Source: an uncultured Flavihumibacter sp. (lineage in GTDB: Bacteria; Bacteroidota; Bacteroidia; Chitinophagales; Chitinophagaceae). From it: 31,117 nt of DNA. The notes beneath the pieces were generated by a model. That model worked only from the letters and a program-made list of their open reading frames with translations, was not told the DNA's origin and searched no databases. The number at the start of each line of letters is the position of its first letter. The stretch's first letter is position 1. Position numbers and translations under genes: made by a program. Of this stretch, positions 10,384 through 18,992 are shown piece after piece. Location of the stretch: contig CAXSIE010000001.1 in NCBI GenBank assembly GCA_964237295.1, forward strand, positions 2,137-33,253. The letters run 5' to 3'.

Positions 10384-10986
10384 ATGATAAAAACCGGAGG
10401 GCAGACATTTACTTCCCAAGAACGCACGAATAATATTCATCCTGAATTACCACCATCCGTTAAAAAAAATGACTCAAAAGCAGCCTGGCTTATTGGCATC
10501 TTTTCATGTATAGTGTTTGCACTTGTTGCAGCTTTAGGCAAAATCAAGTTAAGCATAGATTTGGGATTTGATACACATTTGTTTGCTAAAGTCAATGCAG
10601 TTATCAATTCAATGGTTTTTGTTTTGCTAATTGCAGGATTGGTTGCAGTGAAAAAAGGTAAATTCATGTTGCATAAGCGGATAATGTTTACAGCATTACT
10701 GCTGTCAATATTATTTCTTGTTTCATATATCTGTCACCATTTATTAACCGGTGATACAAAATACGGTGGTCAGGGAAGCATACGGTACGTATATTTCATA
10801 ATTCTTATTACGCATATTTTTTTAGCTTCCGTGATTCTTCCATTTATATTGTTTACAGCTTACCGAGCTTTGATCAGTGAATGGCCTCGTCATATTAAGC
10901 TTGCAAGGCTTACCTGGCCTATATGGTTGTATGTTTCGGTAACAGGACCGATTGTTTACTTAATGATCAGTCCTTATTATAATTGA
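10384..10986 (+). CDS. DUF420 family membrane protein (CtaM-like)
   Basis: LHKRIM, FLVSYICHH, ILITHIFLA and H.KLARLTWPIWLYVSVTG; typical cox-cluster neighbour. Confidence 0.88.
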   Translation: MIKTGGQTFTSQERTNNIHPELPPSVKKNDSKAAWLIGIFSCIVFALVAALGKIKLSIDLGFDTHLFAKVNAVINSMVFVLLIAGLVAVKKGKFMLHKRIMFTALLLSILFLVSYICHHLLTGDTKYGGQGSIRYVYFIILITHIFLASVILPFILFTAYRALISEWPRHIKLARLTWPIWLYVSVTGPIVYLMISPYYN

Positions 10987-11096
10987 TTATTTCCTTGAGA
11001 AAAGCTTCAAAGTTTAGCTGGTGTTAAGCTGATTATGAGATGACGTATCAAGTTGAAGTGGTTTAGACCGTAAGTCACATTAAGATTAACTTGACA

Positions 11097-11309
11097 CTAG
11101 GTGAGTTTTTTAACTTGAAACTGATCTTTAATAAACCTGTTGAAATATTCTCCATGTGAAACGGCATTCATTAAACCGGTGTAATGAGTGTGGGGTACTT
11201 TAAAATACTGATATATATCACCACTGGTAAATTTTAACTCCAATATCTGCTGATCAATGTTATATCCTGCAGAGTGCAATGTGGAAGATTTTAAAAAGCT
11301 GCGGTGCAT
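11097..11309 (-). CDS. KTSC domain protein
   Basis: SSTLHSAGYN...LELKFTSGDIYQYFKVP...L.NA.SHGEYFNRFIK matches the KTSC consensus; start at MHRS. Confidence 0.9.
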   Translation of the reverse strand: MHRSFLKSSTLHSAGYNIDQQILELKFTSGDIYQYFKVPHTHYTGLMNAVSHGEYFNRFIKDQFQVKKLT

Positions 11310-11434
11310 ATTGCTAAAATTTAATTTAAGCGGTAACAATAATCAGTAATAAAAGGTGCGTTTAAACTTAAATCTTTCCATAATATATTTTTCATACCTT
11401 GAACAGGAATATAGCACCATCCAACTAATAACAT

Positions 11435-12280
11435 ATGAAATCGAGAAGAAACTTTTTTAAAACAGCCTCTCTCACTCTGGGCGCAAGCGGATTACTTCCA
11501 TTTGTTAACAATGCCGCTGCGTTATCATTTTATAATCAAAGAGAATCAGATAAGGCCCTTCAATTGGGCATGGCTGGTTATACATTCGCGCAATTCAGCA
11601 TTGATCAGACAATTTCAATGATGAACAGGGTAGGAGTTACAGACCTGTCATTAAAAGAATTTCATTTGCCCATGAATGCTACCCAGGAACAAGCTACTGA
11701 AGTAGTGGGAAAATTTAAAGCAGGAGGAATTAAAATTTATGCAGTAGGTGTAATTTATATGAAGGATAAATCAGAAGTGGATCGTGCCTTTGACTATGCC
11801 AAAAAAGTAGGTGTTAATCTTATAATCGGGGTTCCTGAATATGAACTGTTGCCTTATACTGAAGAGAAAGTAAAAACTACAGGAATAACTATAGCTATAC
11901 ATAACCATGGTCCTGAAGACAAACGATATCCCGGTCCGAAAGATGTATTTGACAGGATAAAAAACATGGATCCAAAAATGGGATTGTGTCTTGATATCGG
12001 GCATGCAACCCGTGCAGGCGCAAATCCGGCAAAAGCGGTTACTGATTACAAATCACGTATGTTTGATCTTCATATTAAAGATGTTTCTAAAGCTGCACAG
12101 GATGGCAAAGCTATCGAGCTTGGCAGGGGTGTAATAAATTTTCCCGAAATGGTTAAAGCGTTGCGCAAAATAAACTACCAGGGCAGGTGCAGTATTGAAT
12201 TTGAAAAAGATATGAAAGACTCTTTACCGGGAATCGCAGAATCTGTTGGATTTTTCCGCGGCGTTATAAAATCAACTTAA
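11435..12280 (+). CDS. Sugar phosphate isomerase/epimerase (AP endonuclease 2 TIM barrel), Tat-exported
   Basis: Tat signal SRRNFFK; IHNHG, LDIGH, HIKD and SIEFE metal motifs. Confidence 0.88.
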   Translation: MKSRRNFFKTASLTLGASGLLPFVNNAAALSFYNQRESDKALQLGMAGYTFAQFSIDQTISMMNRVGVTDLSLKEFHLPMNATQEQATEVVGKFKAGGIKIYAVGVIYMKDKSEVDRAFDYAKKVGVNLIIGVPEYELLPYTEEKVKTTGITIAIHNHGPEDKRYPGPKDVFDRIKNMDPKMGLCLDIGHATRAGANPAKAVTDYKSRMFDLHIKDVSKAAQDGKAIELGRGVINFPEMVKALRKINYQGRCSIEFEKDMKDSLPGIAESVGFFRGVIKST

Positions 12281-12298
12281 CACAAGGATAATTAATGA

Positions 12299-12916
12299 CT
12301 AATCAGGCCTGGCTTGCAATTTCATATCATGCACATCATAAATGCAAATCGTTTTAAAATGTAACGGAACGAAATACTTTTGAATAATTTCACAAATTTT
12401 GTTCCTGCTGCGATTAAGATATACTTCATTCTTTTCAAGCAGCACACGGCTCTCGGAATACATCTTTTTTTGAAATTCATTATAAGCCGCTTCATTCTCA
12501 AACCGGAACCATCCTTTTTTATTGCTAGCTTCCAGCCTGTTAAGGTGTATTTCGTAGCTAAGTAATTTTGGAGATGGTAAATAAACTTTAAGCACAGAAT
12601 CTGAATGCTCTATCCGAAGGCTGCTATCACCAAGATCTACACCGTATTTAGCCGTATATGGCGCAGATAAACGAACTGTGTTCTCAATAAAAAGCTTTTT
12701 AAAGTCATCGGTGAGACTGCCATCATTAGCAATATTGCTGCTTGTGGAGGTTGTAATACCGGTAACCTCAATACTTGCGAGTTCGGCAATATCACGAACA
12801 AACGAAAAATTTTGAATGATACCGGTTTGATTGCCCCGGTTGGTAAAAAAAGCGCCAACATTATATCCGATAATTACGGCAGCGATAACAATAATGAACC
12901 CTAAAAAATATCGCAT
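12299..12916 (-). CDS. DUF4230 domain protein
   Basis: N-terminal TM; IAELAS, AKYGVDL and LKVYLPSPKLLS motifs. Confidence 0.8.
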   Translation of the reverse strand: MRYFLGFIIVIAAVIIGYNVGAFFTNRGNQTGIIQNFSFVRDIAELASIEVTGITTSTSSNIANDGSLTDDFKKLFIENTVRLSAPYTAKYGVDLGDSSLRIEHSDSVLKVYLPSPKLLSYEIHLNRLEASNKKGWFRFENEAAYNEFQKKMYSESRVLLEKNEVYLNRSRNKICEIIQKYFVPLHFKTICIYDVHDMKLQARPD

Positions 12917-12987
12917 AAGACTTGGTATTTTATAAGGCGATATACTTTTTTATAAAAGCTGTTTTGCAACGATTGAAAGCACCTTTA

Positions 12988-13386
12988 CTAATCAATTAAC
13001 TCCTTAACAGGATCCCAGAATAATAATTTAAAATCAACCACTTTGTCATTTACTACCTTGATGCCTTCTTTCTCAAGCAATTCCTGCATTAAGTCAGGCG
13101 TCTTAAAATGATGCTTGCCGGATAACATGCCATTGCGATTTACTACTCTGTGAGCCGGAATATTGTCCGGTGCAGTATGTGCAGCGTTCATCGCCCAACC
13201 TACCATACGTGCTGATAATTTTGTGCCCAAACAAACAGCAATTGCGCCATAGGTTGTTATCCTTCCTTTTGGGATCTGAAGGGCTACTTCGAATACCAAT
13301 TCAAAAAAAGACGCTTCCCGCTTACCTGAAGGCTTAACTGTTGACAGTTGTCCGGTGGAACTAATGGTTCGTTTAACTGCAGGCAT
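12988..13386 (-). CDS. MGMT-family alkyltransferase-like protein (no catalytic Cys)
   Basis: QIPKGRITTYGAIA, ARMVGWAM and PAHRVV (PCHR motif with Cys replaced by Ala). Confidence 0.88.
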   Translation of the reverse strand: MPAVKRTISSTGQLSTVKPSGKREASFFELVFEVALQIPKGRITTYGAIAVCLGTKLSARMVGWAMNAAHTAPDNIPAHRVVNRNGMLSGKHHFKTPDLMQELLEKEGIKVVNDKVVDFKLLFWDPVKELID

Positions 13387-13437
13387 ACAAGTATGTAAAT
13401 TTTATTTTGAAGTTACACTAATTAAAAGGGTCTATAG

Positions 13438-13614
13438 CTACCTTCTTTCAAGCAGTTCACTTCTCCTGTTTTCAGGCACGTTTTCATAATCATATGCACA
13501 ATGAAGACAGCCCCTGCCACAGCAAAATCCTCTGTTCAAATGATACACTTCGGTAAGAACGATAAATCCCTGTTCGTTATAATAAAAATCGGTTCCTTCA
13601 ATTAATTTTTTCAT
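13438..13614 (-). CDS. Small Cys-rich protein (DUF5522-like)
   Basis: DFYYNEQGFIVLTEVYHLNRGFCCGRGCLHCAY; start at MKKLIE, overlapping the trmB stop. Confidence 0.8.
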   Translation of the reverse strand: MKKLIEGTDFYYNEQGFIVLTEVYHLNRGFCCGRGCLHCAYDYENVPENRRSELLERR

Positions 13615-14305
13615 AATCATTAATTCTTTCATGCAATTGATCATCAAATTCCGGCATAGCAGCTGGTGGTAATGAAAATCTTAAGTAATGTATCTTATTG
13701 CTTTGTGCAATATCAAGGCCTTCATAGTGGGTTTTAATGCTTAATTCCCGGTTAATAGAATTACTTGCATAAACATCTTCATTATCTTCATGCAAAATCA
13801 GTCCATACATTTCTATCACAGTTTTAGTGAAATCATATAAGTCCGGTGAATCGGTCTTTAAATGTATATTACCATCAGGTATTAAGATTTGTTGATAGAG
13901 CCGGAGGAATTTAGGATGAGTTAACCTTTTTTTTGCTTTAGACTTCCTTAAATGAGGATCAGGAAAGGTGATCCATATCTCTGATACCTCTGAAGAATTA
14001 AAATAAGTATGTATCTTATCAATATGGGTTCGTAGAAATAAAGTATTATTGATTTTAGCCTCAAGGCATTTTTTAGCTCCTATATAAAGCCGGTTTCCTT
14101 TAAGATCAACCCCGATAAAATTTCTTTCCGGATGAATTAATGCCAACTGTACCGCATACTCACCTTTACCACAGGCCAGTTCTAATGTAAGGGGATGATC
14201 GTTGTTAAAAAAACTTTTCCAATTACCAGCCATTTGTACCGGATACTGCAATACATTAGAAAATGACTTAATAGCTTCGAAACGCAGTAACTTTTTTTGA
14301 CCCAT
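13598..14305 (-). CDS. trmB: tRNA (guanine-N7)-methyltransferase
   Basis: LELACGKGEY, GVDLKGNR, ITFPDPH, KAKKRLTHP, LKTDS and KTHYE. Confidence 0.96.
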   Translation of the reverse strand: MGQKKLLRFEAIKSFSNVLQYPVQMAGNWKSFFNNDHPLTLELACGKGEYAVQLALIHPERNFIGVDLKGNRLYIGAKKCLEAKINNTLFLRTHIDKIHTYFNSSEVSEIWITFPDPHLRKSKAKKRLTHPKFLRLYQQILIPDGNIHLKTDSPDLYDFTKTVIEMYGLILHEDNEDVYASNSINRELSIKTHYEGLDIAQSNKIHYLRFSLPPAAMPEFDDQLHERINDYEKIN

Positions 14306-14312
14306 CGGTTAG

Positions 14313-14320
14313 CAAAAGTA
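14313..14320 (-). promoter_or_regulatory. Putative Bacteroidota -7 promoter element for trmB
   Basis: Minus-strand TACTTTTG matches TAnnTTTG, 7 nt before the ATG; no clear -33 TTTG. Confidence 0.5.
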
Positions 14321-14446
14321 AAATTTGTATAGATTACACCTAATAAATTTTTAAAGTGTAAGACATCGCCGGTTCATAATTTTCCAGAGGTGCGATTTTT
14401 GATTGGAATAGTGATATAAATGTTCTTCTAACTAAAAAAATTTAGA

Positions 14447-14773
14447 ATGCCAGATCAGTTTAATGAAAAACAGTTTTCTTTTAAAGCATGGATAGAAAAA
14501 AAAAGTTCAAACGGCGCTCTGAAATTGCACGTTCATGGTGAAGTTGAAGTAAAAGATGAAACATTGCTGTATCAGCTGGATAAAAAAACCGAGCAGGGTT
14601 ATTTTCCTGAGGAACTATTTTTAGTGATAAAACCCGATCCTACGCCTGGAAAGAACATGGTTTCAATAAAATATCATGAAGATTTGCAAGATACCAACCA
14701 ATATAAAAAAGTAACCATTCTAGCCCAGACGGAACAGGTTTTTGAAATTAATGAAATCGGCGTAAAAGAATAA
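14447..14773 (+). CDS. Hypothetical protein
   Basis: 108-aa ORF; FKAWI...LHVHGEVEV...QG..PEEL.L resembles a small beta-rich hypothetical family I recall but cannot name. Confidence 0.7.
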   Translation: MPDQFNEKQFSFKAWIEKKSSNGALKLHVHGEVEVKDETLLYQLDKKTEQGYFPEELFLVIKPDPTPGKNMVSIKYHEDLQDTNQYKKVTILAQTEQVFEINEIGVKE

Positions 14774-14867
14774 TATAGCAAAGTAATTGTAGTACAGTTA
14801 GGCATTTTAGCACATTTAGATTAACTTCATTTATCAGCTATTAAACTAATTGTAAACTTTATATATT

Positions 14868-15062
14868 ATGGTAAAGACAGAAATTAAAGTAAAACCAGAA
14901 TTAACTGAAAATGTTGAAACCTTTGTGCCATACTTACAAACCTTTGTGAGTAAAATAAACTACAACTATGGCAGAAAATTATCCCTCCATTCCTGGGAAG
15001 TAGATATTCAGGAAGATGATGAAATGAAAAATTTAAGAACAGTTGTTTTATCACTGCAATAA
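14868..15062 (+). CDS. Hypothetical protein
   Basis: 64-aa ORF with AT-rich upstream region; ends 3 nt before the next ATG. Confidence 0.5.
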   Translation: MVKTEIKVKPELTENVETFVPYLQTFVSKINYNYGRKLSLHSWEVDIQEDDEMKNLRTVVLSLQ

Positions 15063-15065
15063 TAT

Positions 15066-15437
15066 ATGAAAGTTCGCTTCGTAGCGGAAAGAGGAACAAA
15101 AGGGGAGGATAATGTGGAAGTTGCTTTGTCAGGAATAAAAAACCTTCCTAAATTTATAATTATTACTGCTGAAGATTTTACCACAGCTATTGGTACTGGT
15201 AAAGTTTTTATTGATAATAACGAATTAAAGGTGGAAGCAGATTTACGAGAACAGGAATTTCATCTTTATCCTACTATAGGTTTCGAAAGCCTTGTTGAAG
15301 ATAATATTAATGGAACTGTTATAATAATAGAGTCAGAATTACAAACTGTTTCTTTACAACCTAATCCAAATACAGATAGCGAAATTAAGACCATCATTGA
15401 ACAAATAAATAATGGAATGGCTGAAATCTTAGAGTAG
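15066..15437 (+). CDS. Hypothetical protein, possibly degenerate HK97-type prohead protease fold
   Basis: Motif order AIG...D.NELKVEADL...TIGF...ELQTVSL..NP..D..I resembles Peptidase_S78; catalytic His/Ser not retained. Confidence 0.5.
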   Translation: MKVRFVAERGTKGEDNVEVALSGIKNLPKFIIITAEDFTTAIGTGKVFIDNNELKVEADLREQEFHLYPTIGFESLVEDNINGTVIIIESELQTVSLQPNPNTDSEIKTIIEQINNGMAEILE

Positions 15438-15466
15438 CGTTCCATTATTTATTTTTTAACTTCTCA

Positions 15467-15640
15467 TCAGGCCGGATCAATACCTTCTATTTCAGTAAAT
15501 TTATAACTGGTGGGATGGGTAAGATCTTCCCACTGAATAAAAAGTATATCCTCTCCTACTTCCACAACCTCACCATAAACTAATTCATCATTGTCTGACT
15601 GATGCTTTACTCTTGCGCCTGTTTTGTATGTATTCTCCAT
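15467..15640 (-). CDS. Small hypothetical protein (SH3/KOW-like)
   Basis: MENTYKTGARVKH...GEVVEVGEDILFIQWED pattern, typical of small beta-barrels. Confidence 0.55.
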   Translation of the reverse strand: MENTYKTGARVKHQSDNDELVYGEVVEVGEDILFIQWEDLTHPTSYKFTEIEGIDPA

Positions 15641-15740
15641 AAGTTTTAGTATTAGTATGCAACACAAATGCCATTCAATTAATAAATGCATGAACAATCC
15701 TACTCTTTATATAATCCGATATTTTTTAATTAAACATAAC

Positions 15741-16031
15741 CTAACTCAGCTTGATGCTGCCAACGGTATTAATTGCTTTATTATGAGTACTGTCATCAAA
15801 CAAGATACCTTCTAAAACTACCTCCTCTTTGATAACACCGTATATATATAGAACGTACAGGTCGTTATGCAATTCTTCTGCAACAGTAAAGGAACCGGTA
15901 GTACCGCTTTCATTTTGTTCAATGGAACAGGTGCCGATGATATTAGTTCTGTTTTTATAATAAACGGTTATAACGGTACCGTTTTCAAGATTAGAGACAG
16001 GTAAATTTAAATGCAATTTAATATTTATCAT
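15741..16031 (-). CDS. Hypothetical protein
   Basis: 96-aa ORF, beta-strand-like composition; function unknown. Confidence 0.6.
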   Translation of the reverse strand: MINIKLHLNLPVSNLENGTVITVYYKNRTNIIGTCSIEQNESGTTGSFTVAEELHNDLYVLYIYGVIKEEVVLEGILFDDSTHNKAINTVGSIKLS

Positions 16032-16113
16032 AAATGATCTTTATTATGAATTATAGATTTATTGAAATTTAGTGAAGATTCATATAAAATCACTAATAAC
16101 ATGATAATACTTG

Positions 16114-16335
16114 TTAAATATTTTCCCGGTAAATAACATCTACCTGAGTCTCATCAATTTCGTCAAAAATAAAATCGGCATCGGGATTAAAATCTTCTTT
16201 TATTGCCTCAACGATGGAGTTTTCACCCTGCACTCCTGGTATTTCAATATTTAATTCAGTTGAAATAGTTACCATTTTATCTATTGCATCTTTTCTTTGA
16301 GCCGGGTTTAACTGAGAAAATTGTAACATTTTCAT
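16114..16335 (-). CDS. Small acidic hypothetical protein
   Basis: ORF from MKMLQF; acidic C-terminus; no recognisable motif. Confidence 0.55.
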   Translation of the reverse strand: MKMLQFSQLNPAQRKDAIDKMVTISTELNIEIPGVQGENSIVEAIKEDFNPDADFIFDEIDETQVDVIYRENI

Positions 16336-16502
16336 GAAATATAATTTAAGTTGATAATGGATCAATGTTGCATTGCAATAATAAAGATTATTAGTGTTAA
16401 GTTAAGCATGAAATCATGCATAAATGCTATCAGTATTCAGTTATCAGCAATCAGAAGATCAATGAGTGACCATTTCCTTCTGATAGCTATTACGTGTAAA
16501 CA

Positions 16503-16525
16503 CTTAAGATCAATAAGATCTTAAG
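16503..16525. promoter_or_regulatory. Perfect inverted repeat (possible operator) in divergent intergenic region
   Basis: CTTAAGATC-aataa-GATCTTAAG, between 16335(-) and the HTH gene at 16599(+). Confidence 0.45.
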
Positions 16526-16598
16526 GAGCAGTCAAGACATTATATTATGCTGAAATATTAAACTCACATAAATTTCGTTAATTATTAAATATCTATTC

Positions 16599-16859
16599 AT
16601 GTCACAAAGAAACAATCCTTTTTCCGATTTACCGGTAACAAACCAAATGAACAATAATACTCCAAAAGCATATAATACAAATTTGTATGATCACCTGCAG
16701 CAGGGTAATGCTATAAATTTTGTTCAGGCTAAAGCTTTGGGAATCACACAACTTGATTCACATATTGCAGAGATCCGCAAAATCACCAATGTTTATTCGC
16801 GGACTGTAAGAATTAATACTGTTAAGTGCATGGAATATAGCCTGAATCCATTTGCATAG
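16599..16859 (+). CDS. Winged helix-turn-helix protein (HTH_39-like, phage-associated)
   Basis: LYDHLQQGNAINFVQAKALGITQLDSHIAEIRK...CMEYSL resembles the HTH_39 pattern L..L..G..IT..EA...GI.RL.ARI.ELR......Y.L. Confidence 0.65.
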   Translation: MSQRNNPFSDLPVTNQMNNNTPKAYNTNLYDHLQQGNAINFVQAKALGITQLDSHIAEIRKITNVYSRTVRINTVKCMEYSLNPFA

Positions 16860-17034
16860 TTTTAAATTATTCAGGGCACATAATACTTCAATCGATTTTC
16901 AATTCCCTATCTTTAAACCTCTTTGTTATATTTAGAAGGTGTTTGTATATATATTGCTCTTTTGCAACAGCTCCTGATAGTAACGGTTTTCTATCTCTTG
17001 AATACTAAGGCACATTTTTAATACAACCAATAGT

Positions 17035-17814
17035 GTGGAAAAAAACATTTTCGTTTCAGGCATTTTGTTGTTTATTGTTTCAGTAACCTTTGCCCAGGCA
17101 CCACCAAAAGCTATCAGTAAAAAACTTATAGAAATGGAGGTGGATATGCCTGATGAAACGCAGGAAACGGATCTGATGGAAAAGGGACGCTGGCAGGTTG
17201 AAACTGCGTATTTACATAATGTTTACAAAAAAGGTAAGCATTCTTCTGTTGGGCAGGGTCTTTTCAGGTATGGGGCGTCAAAACATCTTGAATTGAGGTT
17301 ATTGGTGGAAGCCGGCAGCGAGCTTCAACGATATATTGAAGAAACAGTTCAAAGCACTTTTCCACTGGCAGCTTCTGCAAAAATTCTGTTGGTAAAAGAT
17401 AAAAAAAATTTACCTGATATCAGTTTGGTTTCTTATCTGCAATTACCTTTCTATAATAGAAGCAAAGATAGAAAAGCTTATTGGTCACCTATTCTCTTAC
17501 TTGCTTTTCAAAATAAATTCGGTGAAAAATGGAAACTAGAATACAACGCCGGAATTCAACAGGAAGCTTATGGTTCGCAATGGGCCTGGATAGGTAATGC
17601 ATCTTTACATTATAAACTGATTGATCAACTGGAATTATTTACAGAATACTTTGCACAATACCGGCAGGGCGATAATCCCCAACATAATGTAGGCGGTGGT
17701 GCTGCTTACCAGTTAAACAATTACATTGAATTCTTTGTGATGGCCGGCGGTACGGTAGATTATGCTGAATCGAATCATTACTTCAATGGCGGAGTAGCGT
17801 TCAAAATGCCTTAG
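17035..17814 (+). CDS. Outer-membrane beta-barrel 'transporter' (MetA-pathway/ZMO1147-like family)
   Basis: GTG start, signal peptide, early TETxxxxxxGxxQxE-like motif (ETDLMEKGRWQVE), alternating beta strands, terminal aromatic. Confidence 0.72.
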   Translation: MEKNIFVSGILLFIVSVTFAQAPPKAISKKLIEMEVDMPDETQETDLMEKGRWQVETAYLHNVYKKGKHSSVGQGLFRYGASKHLELRLLVEAGSELQRYIEETVQSTFPLAASAKILLVKDKKNLPDISLVSYLQLPFYNRSKDRKAYWSPILLLAFQNKFGEKWKLEYNAGIQQEAYGSQWAWIGNASLHYKLIDQLELFTEYFAQYRQGDNPQHNVGGGAAYQLNNYIEFFVMAGGTVDYAESNHYFNGGVAFKMP

Positions 17815-18203
17815 TGCAGGCACAAAGGAATCGCAAGAGCGTTAAGTATAATGTTGTTATGTAAGATATCCTAAGTTCGATAATCATATCAATTAAATTC
17901 CAAGCTTGTTTGTCTACTAAAGTTTCATCGCACATTAAGAATTCAATTGGATTGACTTAAGATGCAGATAGAACGGATATGTTTATATACACAATGTTTC
18001 CTGCCTCGGAAAGCCAACTTGTCAAAAAAAAATGCTATGAACCTTTAAAGAACAGTTTTCGTTACTTGCAGTGGCCAGATCAAAGTGAAGAATGAAGGGC
18101 CATAAAAATGTATTTTTGAAAAAAATAATCTGATTACGAGGTAGTAAAAATCTAATGGAGGGAAAAGTTTAGTAAATTAAAGTATGATAAACAAAATGTT
18201 GAA

Positions 18204-18639
18204 ATGTTGCAGTATAGCGTAGCAGTAAATATCATCATGATTCTCATGCTGTTGGTTTGGAAACCATGCACGCTGCCTGCACCAGTGCTGAGCCAGGAGA
18301 AAATAGATTCCCTCGTTAAACAATTGGCAAAAGCTAAGCCCGACACTCAGCGCTGAGAAAAAACGTTCAGATATCCTGCTGTTGAACATCCTTCCGGCCG
18401 ATGTTGCAGAAGAACTAAAAGAAAAAGGCAGCGCGGATGCACGTCTGTTTGAAGAGGTGACCGTTTTATTCACTGACTTTGTAAATTTTACTTCCATCTC
18501 TGAACTGTTAACGCCACAGCAACTGGTAGATGAACTCCACTATTGCTTTAAAACCTTCGACGAAATTATTACCGAACATAAAATAATAATTATTACCATT
18601 AAGAGGATTTCTCAAAACACTAACTCATCAGACAATTAA
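18204..18639 (+). pseudogene. Class III adenylate/guanylate cyclase pseudogene (internal deletion, frameshift, 3' truncation)
   Basis: 18204-18356 encodes signal peptide + QEKIDSLVKQLAKAKPDT. A different frame gives EKKRSDILLLNILPADVAEELKEKG...VTVLFTDFVNFT...DELHYCFKTFDEII, then breaks off before the second catalytic Asp. Confidence 0.82.
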
Positions 18640-18992
18640 AATAAATCAATGGTGGTTGTGCAATAATAAAATCCACCAACTGACGGTCCACCCACGTATG
18701 AGTAATAATATTTGTTCAACAGGAGAAAAGCATTTATTAATCATTAAGACAGTGTGATAGTTTTGTAAAGCAGACATTGCAAATAATATTCCTGCATATT
18801 CTAAATTATTACTTTATTTCTGTACCGGATAAACTATAGAACAGGTATGATCAAGGCATCCACATTTGGATGCCTGCTTGCTTGATAATTTATAATCGTT
18901 ACTTTGCTGTTGCAAGTTAGAAGAAAATCAGTGTTAGAATAATACTCAGATGGTTTTTAGATAAAGTCTTTAAAAAATCTTAATAAAAAGCT

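Noticed and set aside
14306-14446. attL/attR copy of the tRNA-like 3' end at the left border of the accessory tract
   Set aside because: No convincing direct repeat found by eye, and no integrase in the window.
18854-18875. Hairpin AGGCATCCA-catt-TGGATGCCT
   Set aside because: Single copy with no U-tract; cannot be assigned as terminator or REP.
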